Shown: piece by piece, positions 11,901-26,590 of the stretch
Layout of the letters: the number at the start of each line of letters is the position of its first letter
Position numbering within the stretch: the first letter of the stretch is position 1
From: Eledone cirrhosa
Lineage: Eukaryota
Length of the DNA: 64,000 nt
Direction: 5' to 3'
Assembly: GCA_964016885.1 (NCBI GenBank)
Contig: OZ024754.1
Coordinates: forward strand, 39,804,001-39,868,000
Notes under the pieces: generated by a model
Seen by the model: the letters and a program-made list of their open reading frames with translations, nothing else
What the model was told of the DNA's origin: nothing
Database searches by the model: none
Translations under genes and position numbers: made by a program

Positions 11901-14900
11901 TATGACTTGATATCTCCAATACATTTGATATGGCTTGATATCTCCAATACATTTGATATGACTTGATATCTCCAATACATTTGATATGACTTGATATCTC
12001 CAATACATTTGATATGACTTGATATCTCCAATACATTTGATATGACTTGATATCTCCAATACATTTGATATGACTTGATATCTCCAATACATTTGATATG
12101 ACTTGATATCTCCAATACATTTGATATGGCTTGATATCTCCAATACATTTGATATGGCTTGATATCTCCAATACATTTGATATGACTTGATATCTCCATT
12201 CCATTTGATATGACTTGATATCTCCATTCCATTTGATATGGCTTGATATCTCCATTCCATTTGATATGGCTTGATATCTCCAATACATTTGATATGACTT
12301 GATATCTCCATTCCATTTGATATGACTTGATATCTCCAATACATTTGATATGGCTTGATATCTCCAATACATTTGACATGACTTGATATCTCCATTCCAT
12401 TTGATATGGCTTGATATCTCCATTCCATTTGATATGGCTTGATATCTCCAATACATTTGATATGACTTGATATCTCCATTCCATTTGATATGGCTTGATA
12501 TCTCCAATACATTTGATATTTGATATCTCCAATACATTTGATATCATTTGATATCTCCATTCCATTTGATATGGCTTGATATCTCTAATACATTTGATAT
12601 CATTTGATATCTCCAATACATTTGTAGTTCTGTGATATTTGGACTTGTTTCTATTTTCAAATTTGTATATATTACAAACCTACTGGCTTACCCCCCCTAT
12701 TTCACCTTTTTCTTGTCTAACCCTTCTCACAAAAAACTGACTTTCTCTTCTCAATTATTTCCCCACTGTCCTCCATGGAGCGTGCTGCGAGGGAAGATGA
12801 GTTAGATACATATGACTTACAGGACAATTGGAAATTCCTATGTGACAAACTACTGATGAGACTTGTGACTGATAGGGGGCGAAGAAGTAGGAAAGATGGC
12901 AGGATCATGCTGCAACTCATTTCTATCATCATCATCACTGTTTAACATCTATTTTCCATTCTTGCAGGAGTTAGACGGATTGTCATGTTCTCAGGCCAGT
13001 CTGGTCAGGTGACCACATGTTACTTGTATGCTATTTTGGTTTGGGTTTTCCAACTGGATCTCCTTCCTTATGCCAACGACTCCATAGTGTACAGGGGGCA
13101 TTTTATCAGGGCACTAGTGTTACCATATTACAGAGTGGACTGGGTGTATTTTATTATAGTACCAACACTGTCATATTACAGAGAGGGCTGGGTGTATTTT
13201 ATCATGGCACCAACACTACCACTTTACAGAGTGGACTGGGTGTATTTTATCATGGCACCAACACTACCACTTTACAGAGTGGACTGGGTGTATTTTATCA
13301 TGGCACCAACACTACTACTTTACAGTAGAGAGGGCTGGATGTATTTTCTGATGGTACCAGCTCTACCACTTTACAGAGGGGGCTGAATATATTTTATCGT
13401 AACACCAACAACACCATTATAACATTAAGGCATTCAAAGTGATCTGTTATTTATTTGTAGATACACATTTTACCAAAAGCATTCCAGACAAGTTGAAAAT
13501 GACTGTGAAAGGAGGAGCTGCTGTCGATCCAGATTCTAGTATGGAAAGATTTTTATAATTCTCAGTATTTTTTTTAATTTTTGGTTGAAGTAAAGGACAT
13601 AGAACTGCTGTTATTACTTGGAAACTATTGTCTGTAAGATGAATTAATTGTACCAAACTGGTAAAGTAAATGTTGAGAGAGCCTGAACGTTACATTGTTG
13701 GCATTTAAACAGAGATAATTTAGGGTTTAACTGGTGTTAGGAAGGGCATCCAGCCATAGAAACCATACAAAGTATGGAATGTATGAGCAAGATTGGGGAT
13801 GCTGCAAACCATTCAATCCATGGCAGCTTGGGAAGTGGAATCAATCTCTATAGTAGGCAACTTTTAACACGGTCCATTGTCGCCACCATCTGTATTCCGA
13901 GCTGGTATGGGTGTGATTGGTTGTCACTGTTTGACATTAACCTGGTCTTACTCTCTTACTCATATCTACCATAATTGATTTGGTGTCTACAGCTGGATGC
14001 TCTTCCTAATGCCAATTACTTTACAGAGTGAACTGGGTGCATTTTATCGTAGCACCAGCACTACCACTTTACAGAGTACACTAAGTGCATTGTATCATAG
14101 TACCAGCACTACCATTCTACAGAGTGCACTGGGTGCATTGTATTGTAGTATCAGCACAACCACTTTACAGAGTGCACTGGGTGCATTGTATCATAGTACC
14201 AGCACTACCACTTTACAGAGTACACTAAGTGCATTGTATCATAGTACCAGCACAACCACTTTACAGAGTGCACTGGGTGCATTGTATTGTAGTACCAGCA
14301 CAACCACTTTACAGAGTGCACTGGGTGCATTTTATCATAGTACCAGCTCTACCACTTTACAGAGTGTACTGGGTACATTTTATTGTAGCACCAGCACTAC
14401 CACTTTACAGAGTGCACTAGGTGCATTCTATGGTGGCATAACTTATCAAAAGTTCTTAGATGAAAGTATGATGAAACCTTTTTAGATAAATATAAACATT
14501 TAAAGACAGTTTTGTATCGTAGATACAGAGGTGGTTTCAGGCATTTTGATATTAAAAGGGTAAACTACTAATTTAGCATTTATTTGTATATTTTTGTATA
14601 ATTTCACCATTTGATTTCTTTTTCCTACCAGAATTGGCAGAAACTGCTCATGTTATCGAAGAGAAGGGTGATATTTATAATGCCGTGCTAGGTTTGGTAA
14701 ATGTGACATCAGGCACTAATTCTTATTACAAAATCCAGGCTTTGGAATCTGATAAAAAGCACAGGTAAGTTTAATTGTTTTTAATGTAAAATATTAATGT
14801 TATATTCAAGTAGGGTCATGTCTTAATATTGCCAAAAATAATAATAGAACACACTCACTGTTTGGTTTGGTTTTTGCTTCAGTTATATCATATTTTCATA

Positions 14901-17900
14901 AATAATTTAGCTGGCAATCAATGTTCATTGATTGACCAACAGTAAAACATTGAGTGGGTGCTGACAAACTGTAACAACATTGAAATGCATGCATCCATTA
15001 TTCTTATTGTCATCACATTGAGACTAAATGTATGTTTATTATACATAAACATATAGTAGATGGCTTTATTCTGATTCACGCTGTGTTGATGTTATTCCTA
15101 GTTAATACTAGGTGGTTAACCCTTTAGCATTTAAATGGGCCATATCTGGCCAGAATTCTCTCACCTTCTTTCTGTTCAAACCAGCCGTAACTGACCACTC
15201 ATACTCAAAATAAATAACATCAAAATCTTGTAGAATCGATATCATGTGAGATAATTATATAAGATAAAGCTTTTACCACAAAAATACAATAGTATAGCAT
15301 GGAAGAACAGACGTAAAACGGTGATGAGAGTAATGTAAATGCTAAAGGGTTAAACTCACACTGTATGCAAATAAGCTTTCACCAAGAATAGTTTGTTTAC
15401 AAAATCTATAAGACAATATTTTCTTTCATACTTGGGTATTAATAAGCGAGTGCTGATAAACTATAAGGACTGAAAAACATCAACTGTTGTTGTTCTAATG
15501 CTGAGATAGCTGACATAATTAATTAGTGGCCTATAATAAAAAGAATTATTGTAGCCAAGGCAATTATTTATTTTACATTTAGAGATTACTTATTTAAAAC
15601 TATATTATCTATGAAAGGTGTTTATGAATCCATAAATAATGGTTTACATAGAAAAAAACATATATAATAACTCTAAGAACTATGATCCTACTGTTATTGT
15701 TTGTACATTTTATTAAATATTGGGTCATCAAGTATGGAATTTGTAGAATTTTTTTTTTTTATTATTATTTTTTAAATTTTTTTTTACACATTTCATATTT
15801 GACGACCCAATATAACGGAATGACGTATTTTTCTTTGGATATTTTTCAGTTGGTGGCTTTTTCGGTCATGGGGCCGTGTTGGCACAACAATTGGCAATGA
15901 TAAAATTGAAAAATTGGGTTCTCGCTCTCGGGCTATTTCGAGTTTTAGAGACTTGTATTATAAGAAGACTAACAACAGCTGGGACGATCGTCATAAGTTC
16001 AAAAAGTTTCCAGATAAATTTTACCCTCTAGATATTGACTATGGCCAGGTAATATATGCTTTAACTCATTAGCATTTACATTACTCTATATTTACTATTA
16101 TATTTTCATGGTAAAGGCTTTATCTCACATGATTATCTCATAGCATTTACATTACTCTATATTTACTATTGTATTTTTGTGGTAAAGGCTTTATCTCACA
16201 TGATTATCTCATAGCATTTGCATTACTCTATATTTACTATTGTATTTTCATGGTAAAGGCTTTATCTCACATGATTATCTCATAGCATTTACATTACTCT
16301 ATATTTACTATTGTATTTTTGTGGTAAAGGCTTTATCTCACATGATTATCTCATAGCATTTACATTACTCTATATTTACTATTGTATTTTTGTGGTAAAG
16401 GCTTTACCTCATATAATTATCTCACATAGTATCGAATCTATGAGATTTTGATATTATTTATTTTGAGAACAATACCGTAACATCAATATGAGCGGCTGGT
16501 TGCAGCCGGTTTGAACAAAAAGAGGTGAGAAAATTCTGGCCAGATACAGCCGATTTAAATGCTAAAGGGTTAATGTCATTTGAAAATCCAAACACACAAT
16601 CGCTGTAATGCTGGCCACTATTTTCTGTCACTAAGAATATTTTACTCAATTTTCTAATGCTATTATCATTATAGACATTCTTGGATTTGGATTTCAACAT
16701 TTTCAAGTTTCAAATTATCTAAACACCTATAAATCACAAGATATTTTTGTTTGATATGAAACTGTCGTTGGTTCTTCAATACTGATTTAACTGCCAATTG
16801 TATTGTTAACTTTGATAGGTTTTGGCCAGTATTGGCCCAGGCCATGTCTAACTTAATAGCACTATGCTCATTGTTTTTTTTCTATTTCTAGGATGATGAT
16901 AATATAAAGAAACTGGACATAAGCAAAAGCAATTCCAAGTTACATAAAGCTATTCAAGATCTTATTTGTGTGATTTTTGATATAGAAAGCATGAAAAAGG
17001 CTATGATGGAGTTTGAGGTAAGCAAAGAATCATTGAAATATATCTTCTTCTTCTTCTTGCTCTTGCTTGATGAGGCTGGGGTCATCCTAAGCCAGTGATG
17101 CATCATTGTGTGTAGCACCGGCAGTTGAAATAAGTAGCGTGTGATAATGATACAGCATTCATCATCATCATCATCGTTTAAAGTCCATCTTCCACGCTAG
17201 TATCAGGTCCTTTCATTTTTCTTCAGTCTTTAGAAATCTTGGGTAGTCCCATCATTCATATTTCCATTTGTTTGAGCATATGAAAAAAATATCTTGAAAC
17301 TTGAAATTTCAATTTTTCAAACATAATGGAAGTTTTATTGAAAACAAGAAAAACAAAAGGAAATTGAAATTCCAAGTGAAAATTATATAACTTGAATATT
17401 TGTAAAGAAAACTGATCTCACATGATTAATTCATCATCATTTTTACATCCGCTTTTCCATTCTTGCATGGGTTGGACGGGTCCTATTCAGCCCGGCATCT
17501 CTCCACTTGTCGTATTCCTTTGTCATCTCCTCTGCCAGTCTTTACAGTGGGGACTGCGTGCTTTTTGTCGTGGCCCCAAAACGACTGCTTTACAGTGTGG
17601 ATTAGGTGCTTTTTGTTGTGGCATTTACATCAGGCATGTCAAACACTGCAGCCCTTCACAAGCACACCTGCGGCCTGCACAAAGGTTTTTACAGCGCGAT
17701 CCTAATATAAAATAAAAAATATTAGTTGAAATGTGCGCAATTAGTTGAAATGTGCACAATTAGTTGCCATGTGTGGCCCTCAGACAACACATGTGACCCA
17801 TCTGGTCCTCGGGGGTCCCTCAGTTTGACATGCCTGATCTACATGACCACTACAGTTTGGACTAGGCGCTTTTTGATGATGATGGTGATGAAAGTGGTTT

Positions 17901-20900
17901 TAATTTTCTGAAGTAACTAATTCTCGGTTTTTAAATATATTTCAGATTGATTTGAAAAAAATGCCTCTTGGGAAATTGTCTAAAAAGCAAATAGAATCTG
18001 CTTACAAAGTTTTAAATGAACTTACAGTGGTTTGTATACTTATTTCCTATATTTTATTCTTTTACTGGTTTCAATAGAGATATTGTTAAGTCCAAGCTAG
18101 CTGATAAACAGTGCAATGTTTGCTCTGGACACAATACTAAGTATTCAGAGTCAGTAGGTCTTTGAGAAATCGTGGGAGTATTGTTACGAAGTATATGTTT
18201 GTTTCATAGACCTTGAAAAGGCATATGACTGCATGCCACGGGATTTATTGTGGAAGGTTCTGCAGGAATATAGAATCAATGGACAGCTTCTTATTGACCT
18301 GATATCTCTTTATGTATGCCTTAGTATTTGTGTTTGGTTAAATGGTGCCAAGTAGAAACCATTCATTGTGGGTGTCGGATTCCATCAAGGGTGCTTACTG
18401 TCATCTCTCCTGTTCACAATCTTAATGAACAGGATTGACATATGCAGCCAGGTTGGAAGTGGTATCAAGACTGGCAGGTGTATGATCAATCAGCTGGAAT
18501 TTGCAGGCGACTTGGTGCTATTTTACTTGTCAGAAGGTGATTTCCGACATGCACTGGATGGGTTTACTGCCAAGTGTTGTATGGCAGGAATGATACAAAT
18601 CAGTGTTTTGAAGACTGAGGCAGTTGTTCTCTCAAGGAAGCCTGCACAGCGCACTGCTTGTTAACGGGGTCCCACTGAAGCAGGTGAATGGAATACAAGA
18701 GGCTGAATTAAGTAGATTAGGTTCTATGTAGTATTTGTTCTGGGTGTTGTGTTCTGAGTTCAGATCTTGTTATGGTTTTCTTGTAGAACCACTGGTTTAA
18801 CTACATTACCTGGCCCTTGAGCGTCTGGAGTAGAGTCCATTTTGTTGTAAACATTTAGGCCAGGTCTCCAGTCTCTTACCTTTCCCCTTTTTACCTTTGA
18901 TCATTTTCAGAAGTCCTGAAAAGGGTCAAAGGCAATGCCCTTCCCTCCTTGACTAAGATAGGTTGAATACCATTCCTTGCTCATACATTCTATATTTTGG
19001 CATTGGTTCTACAACTGGATGTCCTCCTTAATACCAACCACTTTACAATGTGTATTGGGTGCATTTAATCATAGTACTAGCAAGCACTATAACTTTACAA
19101 AGTGTACAGGGTGCATTTTATTGCGTCACCAACACTTATGATGTTAGCATGTACTCGGTATGTATTCTCTATTGTCCTTGTTTGATTGCCAACCATATTA
19201 CAGAGTGTACTGGGTGTATATTATTGTAGCACCAACACTTAAAGTGGTTGTCAGGTCTTCAACCAGATCAAATGTTTATCTCTACTCTACATTGATGTTA
19301 TATTTAAATTCTACTTTATCTGTGCTGTAGTGAAACTGACTTTAATGTTTTTTTAATTTTCAGTTGGTTGAAAAGAAAAGCTCTGTGTCGTTATTTTCAG
19401 ATGCTTCTAACCGTTTCTACACTTTAATACCTCATGATTTTGGTTTAAATAAACCTCCATTATTGGACAGCATTGAAGTAATCAAGGTAATGGCAATATC
19501 AATTTTTTTTTTTTTTTATATATATACCTGGTTCAATGTTCTATAATAAGGAAACTCAAAAATATGTAAGCTGCCACAATGCACATAATTATGAATAATA
19601 GTGGAATAAGTTAGTTATAGTGTTGAATTATACTTTTTAACCCTTTTAAAATGGCCATATCTGGCTGTAACTGGCTGATCATACTGATGTTAATGTATTG
19701 TTCTCAAAATAAATAATATCAAAATCTCATAGTCGATAATATGTGAGGTAAAGCCTTTACCGTGAAAATACAATTGTATATATAGAGTAATGTAGACACT
19801 AATGGTTTTACAATGTCTTGCTCATGTGGATTAATGTGGTACAAGACATTGAGTTCTTAAAGTACAACCTAGAATTTCCAAAAGAAAAACGTCTTAAATA
19901 ATAACAAAGCATTTATCTCCTTTTGCTAAATATATATTTTATTTTCATTTAACACAGCAAAAAATTGAAATGTTGGATAATCTGATGGACATTGAAGTTG
20001 CCTATAATTTACTGAAAGGTGGGGACGATGGGGAAGATCCTGTGGATGCCCATTATAAGAAACTGAAGACAGAAATTGGGGTAAGTAATGTCATGTTTAA
20101 ATGAAGAACATTATTGTCTCTGATCGAGATGAAGTGAGAGTGTTTGAATATAAAATGAGAAAACTCATTGCTAGAACAGCTGTCAAAACAGCTGAATGCT
20201 GTCAAAGACAGTGATGGGCAAAAATACCTCAGAGGACAGAGAACAGCAGCCAGTGGATGACAGAGAGACAATCCACAAGATGGGTGACAAGCTGATGAAA
20301 TATAGAAAAGATTGAATGAGGAGGAGGACAAGGGGAAGTGATTCTCAGCAGTGCATGGCATCCTTGAACAAGACACTTTATTTCGCTTTGCTCCAGTCCA
20401 CTTTCCATAGAAACAAGCTTCAGGACAATTCATGTGGACTGGCCACAGGAATTGAGGCACGGCGGAGATGAGGTCTGATATGGAATAAAAGAAAAAAATT
20501 GAAAGAAAGGCATATATGGTGAAAATTAGACAGCAATGACAAACTATGCTAGTTCTATAATATTTTGATTTGTTCTAACACAATCAAGTTACCATTTTAA
20601 AAGTTTATCTATTTAATCTCCTTATTTATACGTTGTTTGTTAATGTTCGTTCACTGTAGTACTTGGAGAAAGATTCTGAAGAGTTTACCACAATTAGTCA
20701 ATATGTACAGAACACCCATGCAGTTACACACAACCAATATGACCTGGAAGTTCTTGATGTAAGTTGTTTCTTTTTAGATTATCAAATTACCATTTTTCTC
20801 TTTGACATACATTGATAGACTTTAAAAACGACTTTAAGAATTTCTTGATGCTGAAGCAACAATTCCTAACCTGATCTTCACAGACCCCCAAGGGCTCCCT

Positions 20901-21800
20901 GAACTAAGTTTTGATATTTCAAGTATTTTGTTAAAAACATTATATATATATATATATATCATCATCATCATCATCATCATTTTACGTCCGCTTTTCCCTG
21001 CTTGCAAGGGTGGGACAGGTCTTATTCAGCACAGCATCTCTCCACTCATCACGGTCCCTCGTCATCTCCACCATGAGCTTCAATGATCTGAGGTCTGTTC
21101 TCACCACCTCCGCCCATGTTTATATATATATATATATATATACACAGTTGTCCCTCAGTATTCGCTGGGGTTAAGTTCCTAGAGCGACTGCGAAGAAAGA
21201 AAAACCGCGAATATTGGACGTGGTCCATAAAAATGCCCATAAACATCAAAATATAATAGAAAAAAGAGGGACTGTCTTATGCAAAAGGGTGTCCAGTATG
21301 ATGGCAAATATGGTATCATCATCACCGTTTTGCGTCCGTTCTTCCATGCTAGCATGGGTTAGACGGGTTGTCCTGTTGTGGGCAGTAGCCGGTTGGCTGA
21401 CCATGCCTTGCTCATACGGGAACTGATTCTGGCTTGATTTCTACAGCTGGATGCCCTTCCTAACACCAACCTCATTTACAGTGAGTGCTGTCATTCTTAT
21501 TAATAATTTAGCGTTAAAAAAATATATATTGCCACAAAAAAAAAAGGCATAAAAAATTGCAGAAAATATTTATGATTCGGCAAATACTGGAGAATAATGT
21601 ACAATTATTAGTTAGGTTCTAAGGAAAATTCCGCAAATAACCAGGACTGTGAATGCCAGGAGTACACTGTGTGTATATATATATATACCCACATACACTG
21701 TATATATATACCCATGCTAGCGTGGAAAATGGACGTTAAATGATGATGTTGATATATATATCCACATACATTATATATATATATATAATATACCACAATA

Positions 21801-21831
<31 letters not shown>

Positions 21832-24800
21832 CCCACAATACACTGTATATATATATATACCCACAATACACTGTATATATATATACCCACAATACACTGT
21901 ATGTATATATATATATATATATATATACCCACATATATTATATATACATACTATTCTACACATGCTTTTGCTAACATTTCTAATTTCTTCTTTTTACATT
22001 TTTGATACCAACATTACTTTAATAAAATTTCTTTAATAAAATTATGATGGAAGGTTATAATATAAATCTGAACATTTTAAAATGGGTGGTTTTGGACCAT
22101 AAAACCAGGGCTGGTTTCAACTAGCTTGGTATCAAAAGGATTAAAAAAGAAATGTTTTTTTTTTTACGTTACGTTTTATTACTTTCAATGTAAAATGTAT
22201 AGTCTGTATCGTATTTAAGTGATACTCAAGGCAAATGGTTATTTTGTTTTGTAGGTCTTCAAGCTTTCACGACAAGGAGAAAAGGAACGTTTCCGCCCAT
22301 TTGAAGAGTTACCAAATCATAAATTACTTTGGCATGGTTCTCGAGTGACCAACTTTGCTGGTATTTTGTCTCAAGGTCTTCGAGTTGCACCACCAGAAGC
22401 ACCAGTGGTATGTTAAGTTAAATATAATTACTTCTGAAATATAATTATTCCCGCATAAACACTTCTTCGGAAAATGTAATTATGCAGAGTGGCTGTGGGT
22501 GTCTTTATTCTTTTACTTGTTTCGCTCATATAACCACAGTCATGCTAGGGTACCACATTTATTTAGTAGAATGTGGTCATGCTGGGGCACAACCTTGGTT
22601 TAGTAGAATGTGGTCATGCTGGGGCACAACCTTGGTTTAATAGACTGTGGTTATTCTGGGGCACAACCTTCGTTTAGCAGACTGTGGTCATGCTGGGGCA
22701 CAACCTTCAGGATGTTTAGTCAATCATATCGACCCCAATACTTATTTTTCAAGTCTGGTGCTTATTTTATAGATCTCTTTTGTAGAACCATTAAGTTATG
22801 GACGTAAACAAAGGCACAATGTAGCTACAGACCTACATACATATACACATATACATATACATATACACACATATAGGAAAGGTTTCTGCATTTGTGTTTA
22901 CCAAATTTTATTCACAATACATTAGTCAATCTGAGTCTATAGCAGACATTTGTATGGCATCTTAGGCAAGTGTCTTCTACTCTGGCCTCGTATTAGCTAT
23001 TGCTTGTGATAGGCAGTTTGGGGTAATGGTAGTATTTCTGTCTGGCAAGCATGAAGGTGTGGGTTCGAGTCCCACATGTGCTCATGTCCATTTTTTGTCT
23101 GTTAAGGAGTGGGGGTGGTGTCTTATATACCTCTTCATTTAGACTATCTTTCTATAGTAAAAAAATATTTGATGAAGCTTTAACTTTTTCATTAATTTCA
23201 AATTTTGCTCATGTTTATGTTATTGATTTTATTTTTGTATTTATCTATTTCAGACTGGTTATATGTTTGGTAAAGGAATTTACTTTGCTGATATGGTATC
23301 TAAAAGTGCCAACTATTGTCACACAAGCAAAAACGATCCAGTGGGTTTGATACTTTTGTGTGACGTCGCACTAGGAAATATGTAAGAGATTTTACATTTT
23401 ATTACAACATTGTTTTTAAATTAGGAATGACAGAGGTCTATCATTTGTGACAATAACTGACAGTTGAGAGGTGAGGAATGACACAGGTCTGTCGTTTGTG
23501 ACAATAACTGGCAATTGACAGATGGAGAGATTAAGTAGGACAGAGGCAGTTGAGAGGTGGAGAGGTTAGTAATGACAGATGTCTGTCACTTGTGACAATA
23601 CAAGAGCAACATCACTTGACAACAGTTAGTAAAACAACTGGCATTTGGGTGGTGATTAGAATAATCTTCGGCAAGATTTCACCTTGCATGTGTATGGAGG
23701 CACGTGGCCTAGTGGTAAAGGTGTTGGATTTGTGGAGACGCGTGGCCAAGTGATAAGGGTGTTGGACTTACAATCATAATGTTATGGGTTCAATTCCTTG
23801 GCTGGGTTGCATGTGTTGTGTTCTTGAGCAAAACACTTCAAGTTTTTCCTGTATATTAAGCTGAAAATGAGTACCATCAATAGCTGGGGGCTTAACCCTA
23901 TGATAGACTAGTGTCCTGTCCAGGGGGAAGTCTTGTACAATGACATTTAACTCCACGAAACCAGGGTAAGCACTGACCTGACAAGCTTCTTAGATAGACT
24001 TTTTAGATTTCATATTGACCAGTTAATATACTGGTGACCCAAAAGTCACAATGTAATAACCCTTTTATTTATTAAATATTAATTGTAAAATAGTTATATT
24101 TTTTAAACGGTCTAGTTACTTTTGGGCCACCCTATATAATGGCTGCTCTGACAATTGATATTTGTAACATGAATTTTGAAATACTCCTGTAAGGTAGTAG
24201 TGCCAGTACTAAAGTGGTGAGTGTTAGGAAGAGTATCTAGCTGGTAGAAACCAAGCAAGACATGGTCACCTGATTAGTCCAACCTCAGAGCATGACAACC
24301 CATTTCACCTTTGCAAGCATAGAAAAATGGATGTTAAAAGATAATGTTGATGATAATGATGATGATCTGTATAACTGATGCTAACATAAAAAGAGAATGT
24401 AAAAATATGAATAACATTGTTTTATTTTGTATTCTACGACAGGCATGAGTTGACATCTGCTAACTATGTAACATCTTTGCCAAAGGGTAAACACAGCACT
24501 AAAGGTAAATATTTCCATACCTTAATTTGCTGGGTGGCTATTGTATCACAATTGTTATATTGTATTTGTTTTCTGTCATGGATTGTAGTGTATCTCTGGT
24601 CTAGATAATGAAGTTGGGGAAATATTTCGAAACATTTTCAAATGTAATTTCATAATGTTTATCAAAAACATTTATAGAATTTGATTTTAAACTAATTTAT
24701 AATATCTATTCTATTTTTTTTTTTTACTCATACATTTACCCCTGTATGTCATCTGTCCTTATATGCTGAACATTTATGTAATTATATTCCAGGAATATAT

Positions 24801-26551
24801 TATTAGAATATCATTTTCACCTTTAATCATTTCTATGTGTCTGTAATCAACATAAACTATAGGGTTTCTCTTATGTAAATAACTAATTCATGAAAATATA
24901 TTTCTAAATTTGGAGTTGATTCTTCCTGTGTCCAGTAATCCTGCTAAATCCTACATATCAAACCTAGTCTCTAAAAATTAAATACATTCAAAACTATTGC
25001 TGTTATTATTGGTGGCACAGTTGCTCTGGTCACTGGAATAAAATTGCGGGTGCGCAAAACCAGATCAATTTTAGAGTCAAAGGGAAGTAAATCTGTAAAC
25101 AAACAGAATGACACCAAGTCTCCTACTTGGGCGCTCTACCAGGTAAAAATATCTCGAACAAAATAAATAAATTAATAAAACACGACTATGAAACATCAAA
25201 GTATCCGCCATAATTACATTCACAACCTTTTAATAAAACATTAATAATGAAAAATAACGAAGTAAAGGTAAGATTAAAACCTAAACTTTGTGAAATTCCG
25301 GTAAAAGTATTCGTGTTGATTTTGCAGACGACAGTTACATTGTGTGTGTGTGTATATATATATATAAATATACCTGTAAACAGGAGGTAAGGCAGGAAGA
25401 GGGAAGAGACGAGAGTGAACGGCGGGAGAGGGGCCAAAAAGAGAAAGAAGGATTTGAGAATGAGAGAGAGAAAGAGGGAAGTAGAAAGTACAGAGTAAGA
25501 GAGAGAGGGAAAACAAAAAGAAAGAGAAAAGAGAGTGAATGTAGGAGAGAAACAGCGACAGAAAGAAAGAAAATGCCGTGTGAGAGAGGAAAGAAAGAAA
25601 GAAAGAAAGAGTTGAGAGTTGTGTCGTGATTAAATGGAAGAAAACCAGACGACACAATATGAAATATTAAACACGATATTAGAAAAATATTTTTTGTAAA
25701 TAAGACAATTTATACATGCATATATAAATATATACATATGTTTACAGGTATATTTATATATATATACCTCTCTATTTGTTTGTCTGTCTCTCTCTCTGCA
25801 ACTCCTCCGTATTTATCTGCCTTTCTCCCCCCCCCCTTCTCTCTTTCACCCCCCCCTCTCTGTTTTTACACCTGACCCCTCCTACCACCACACTATCTCC
25901 GTCCTCTCTCTTGCCAACCAAACATAAACACTCTCACCTCTCCTCTTCTCTTTGTTCTTTCGCCTGGAATAAAATTGCGGGTGTGCAAAACCAGATCAAT
26001 TTTAGAGTCAAGGGGAAGTAAATCTGTAAACAAACAGAACGACACCATGTCTCCTACTTGGGCGCTCTACCAAGTAAATATACCTTGAACAAAATAAATA
26101 AATTAATAAAACACGACTATGAAACATCAATGTATCCACCATAATTACATTCACAACATTAATAATGAAAAATAACGAAGTAAATGTAAAATGAAAACCT
26201 AAACTTCGTGAAATTCCGGTAAAAGTATTTGTGTTGATTTTGCAGACGACAGTTACATGTGTGTGTATATATATAAATACTCCTGTAAACATAAATATAT
26301 ATTTATGTATGCATATATAAATTACTGTCTTATTTACAAAAATATTTTTCTAATATAGTATTTAATGTTTCATATTATTACATTCACAACTTTATAATAA
26401 AACGTTGATAATGAAAAATAACGAAGTAAAGGTAAAATGAAAACCTAAACTTCGTAAAATTCTGGTAAAAAATATTTGTGTTGCCTTGGCAGACGAGTGT
26501 CTGCGTATGTTTGTACATGTATTTGTGAGTGCACAAAAGTATTTTTGCTTG

Positions 26552-26590
<39 letters not shown>

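Noticed and set aside
11657-12616. Three overlapping 236-319 aa minus-strand ORFs
   Set aside because: Translations of a 28-bp minisatellite that lacks stops on one strand; antisense within a PARP1 intron
13997-14485. 162-aa Ser/Thr-rich mucin-like ORF
   Set aside because: Same 48-bp SINE-derived repeat; no supporting gene structure
23695-23830. tRNA-like A/B boxes (also near 9800, 40305, 8183)
   Set aside because: SINE heads; no complete cloverleaf or acceptor stem, and they continue into SINE core sequence
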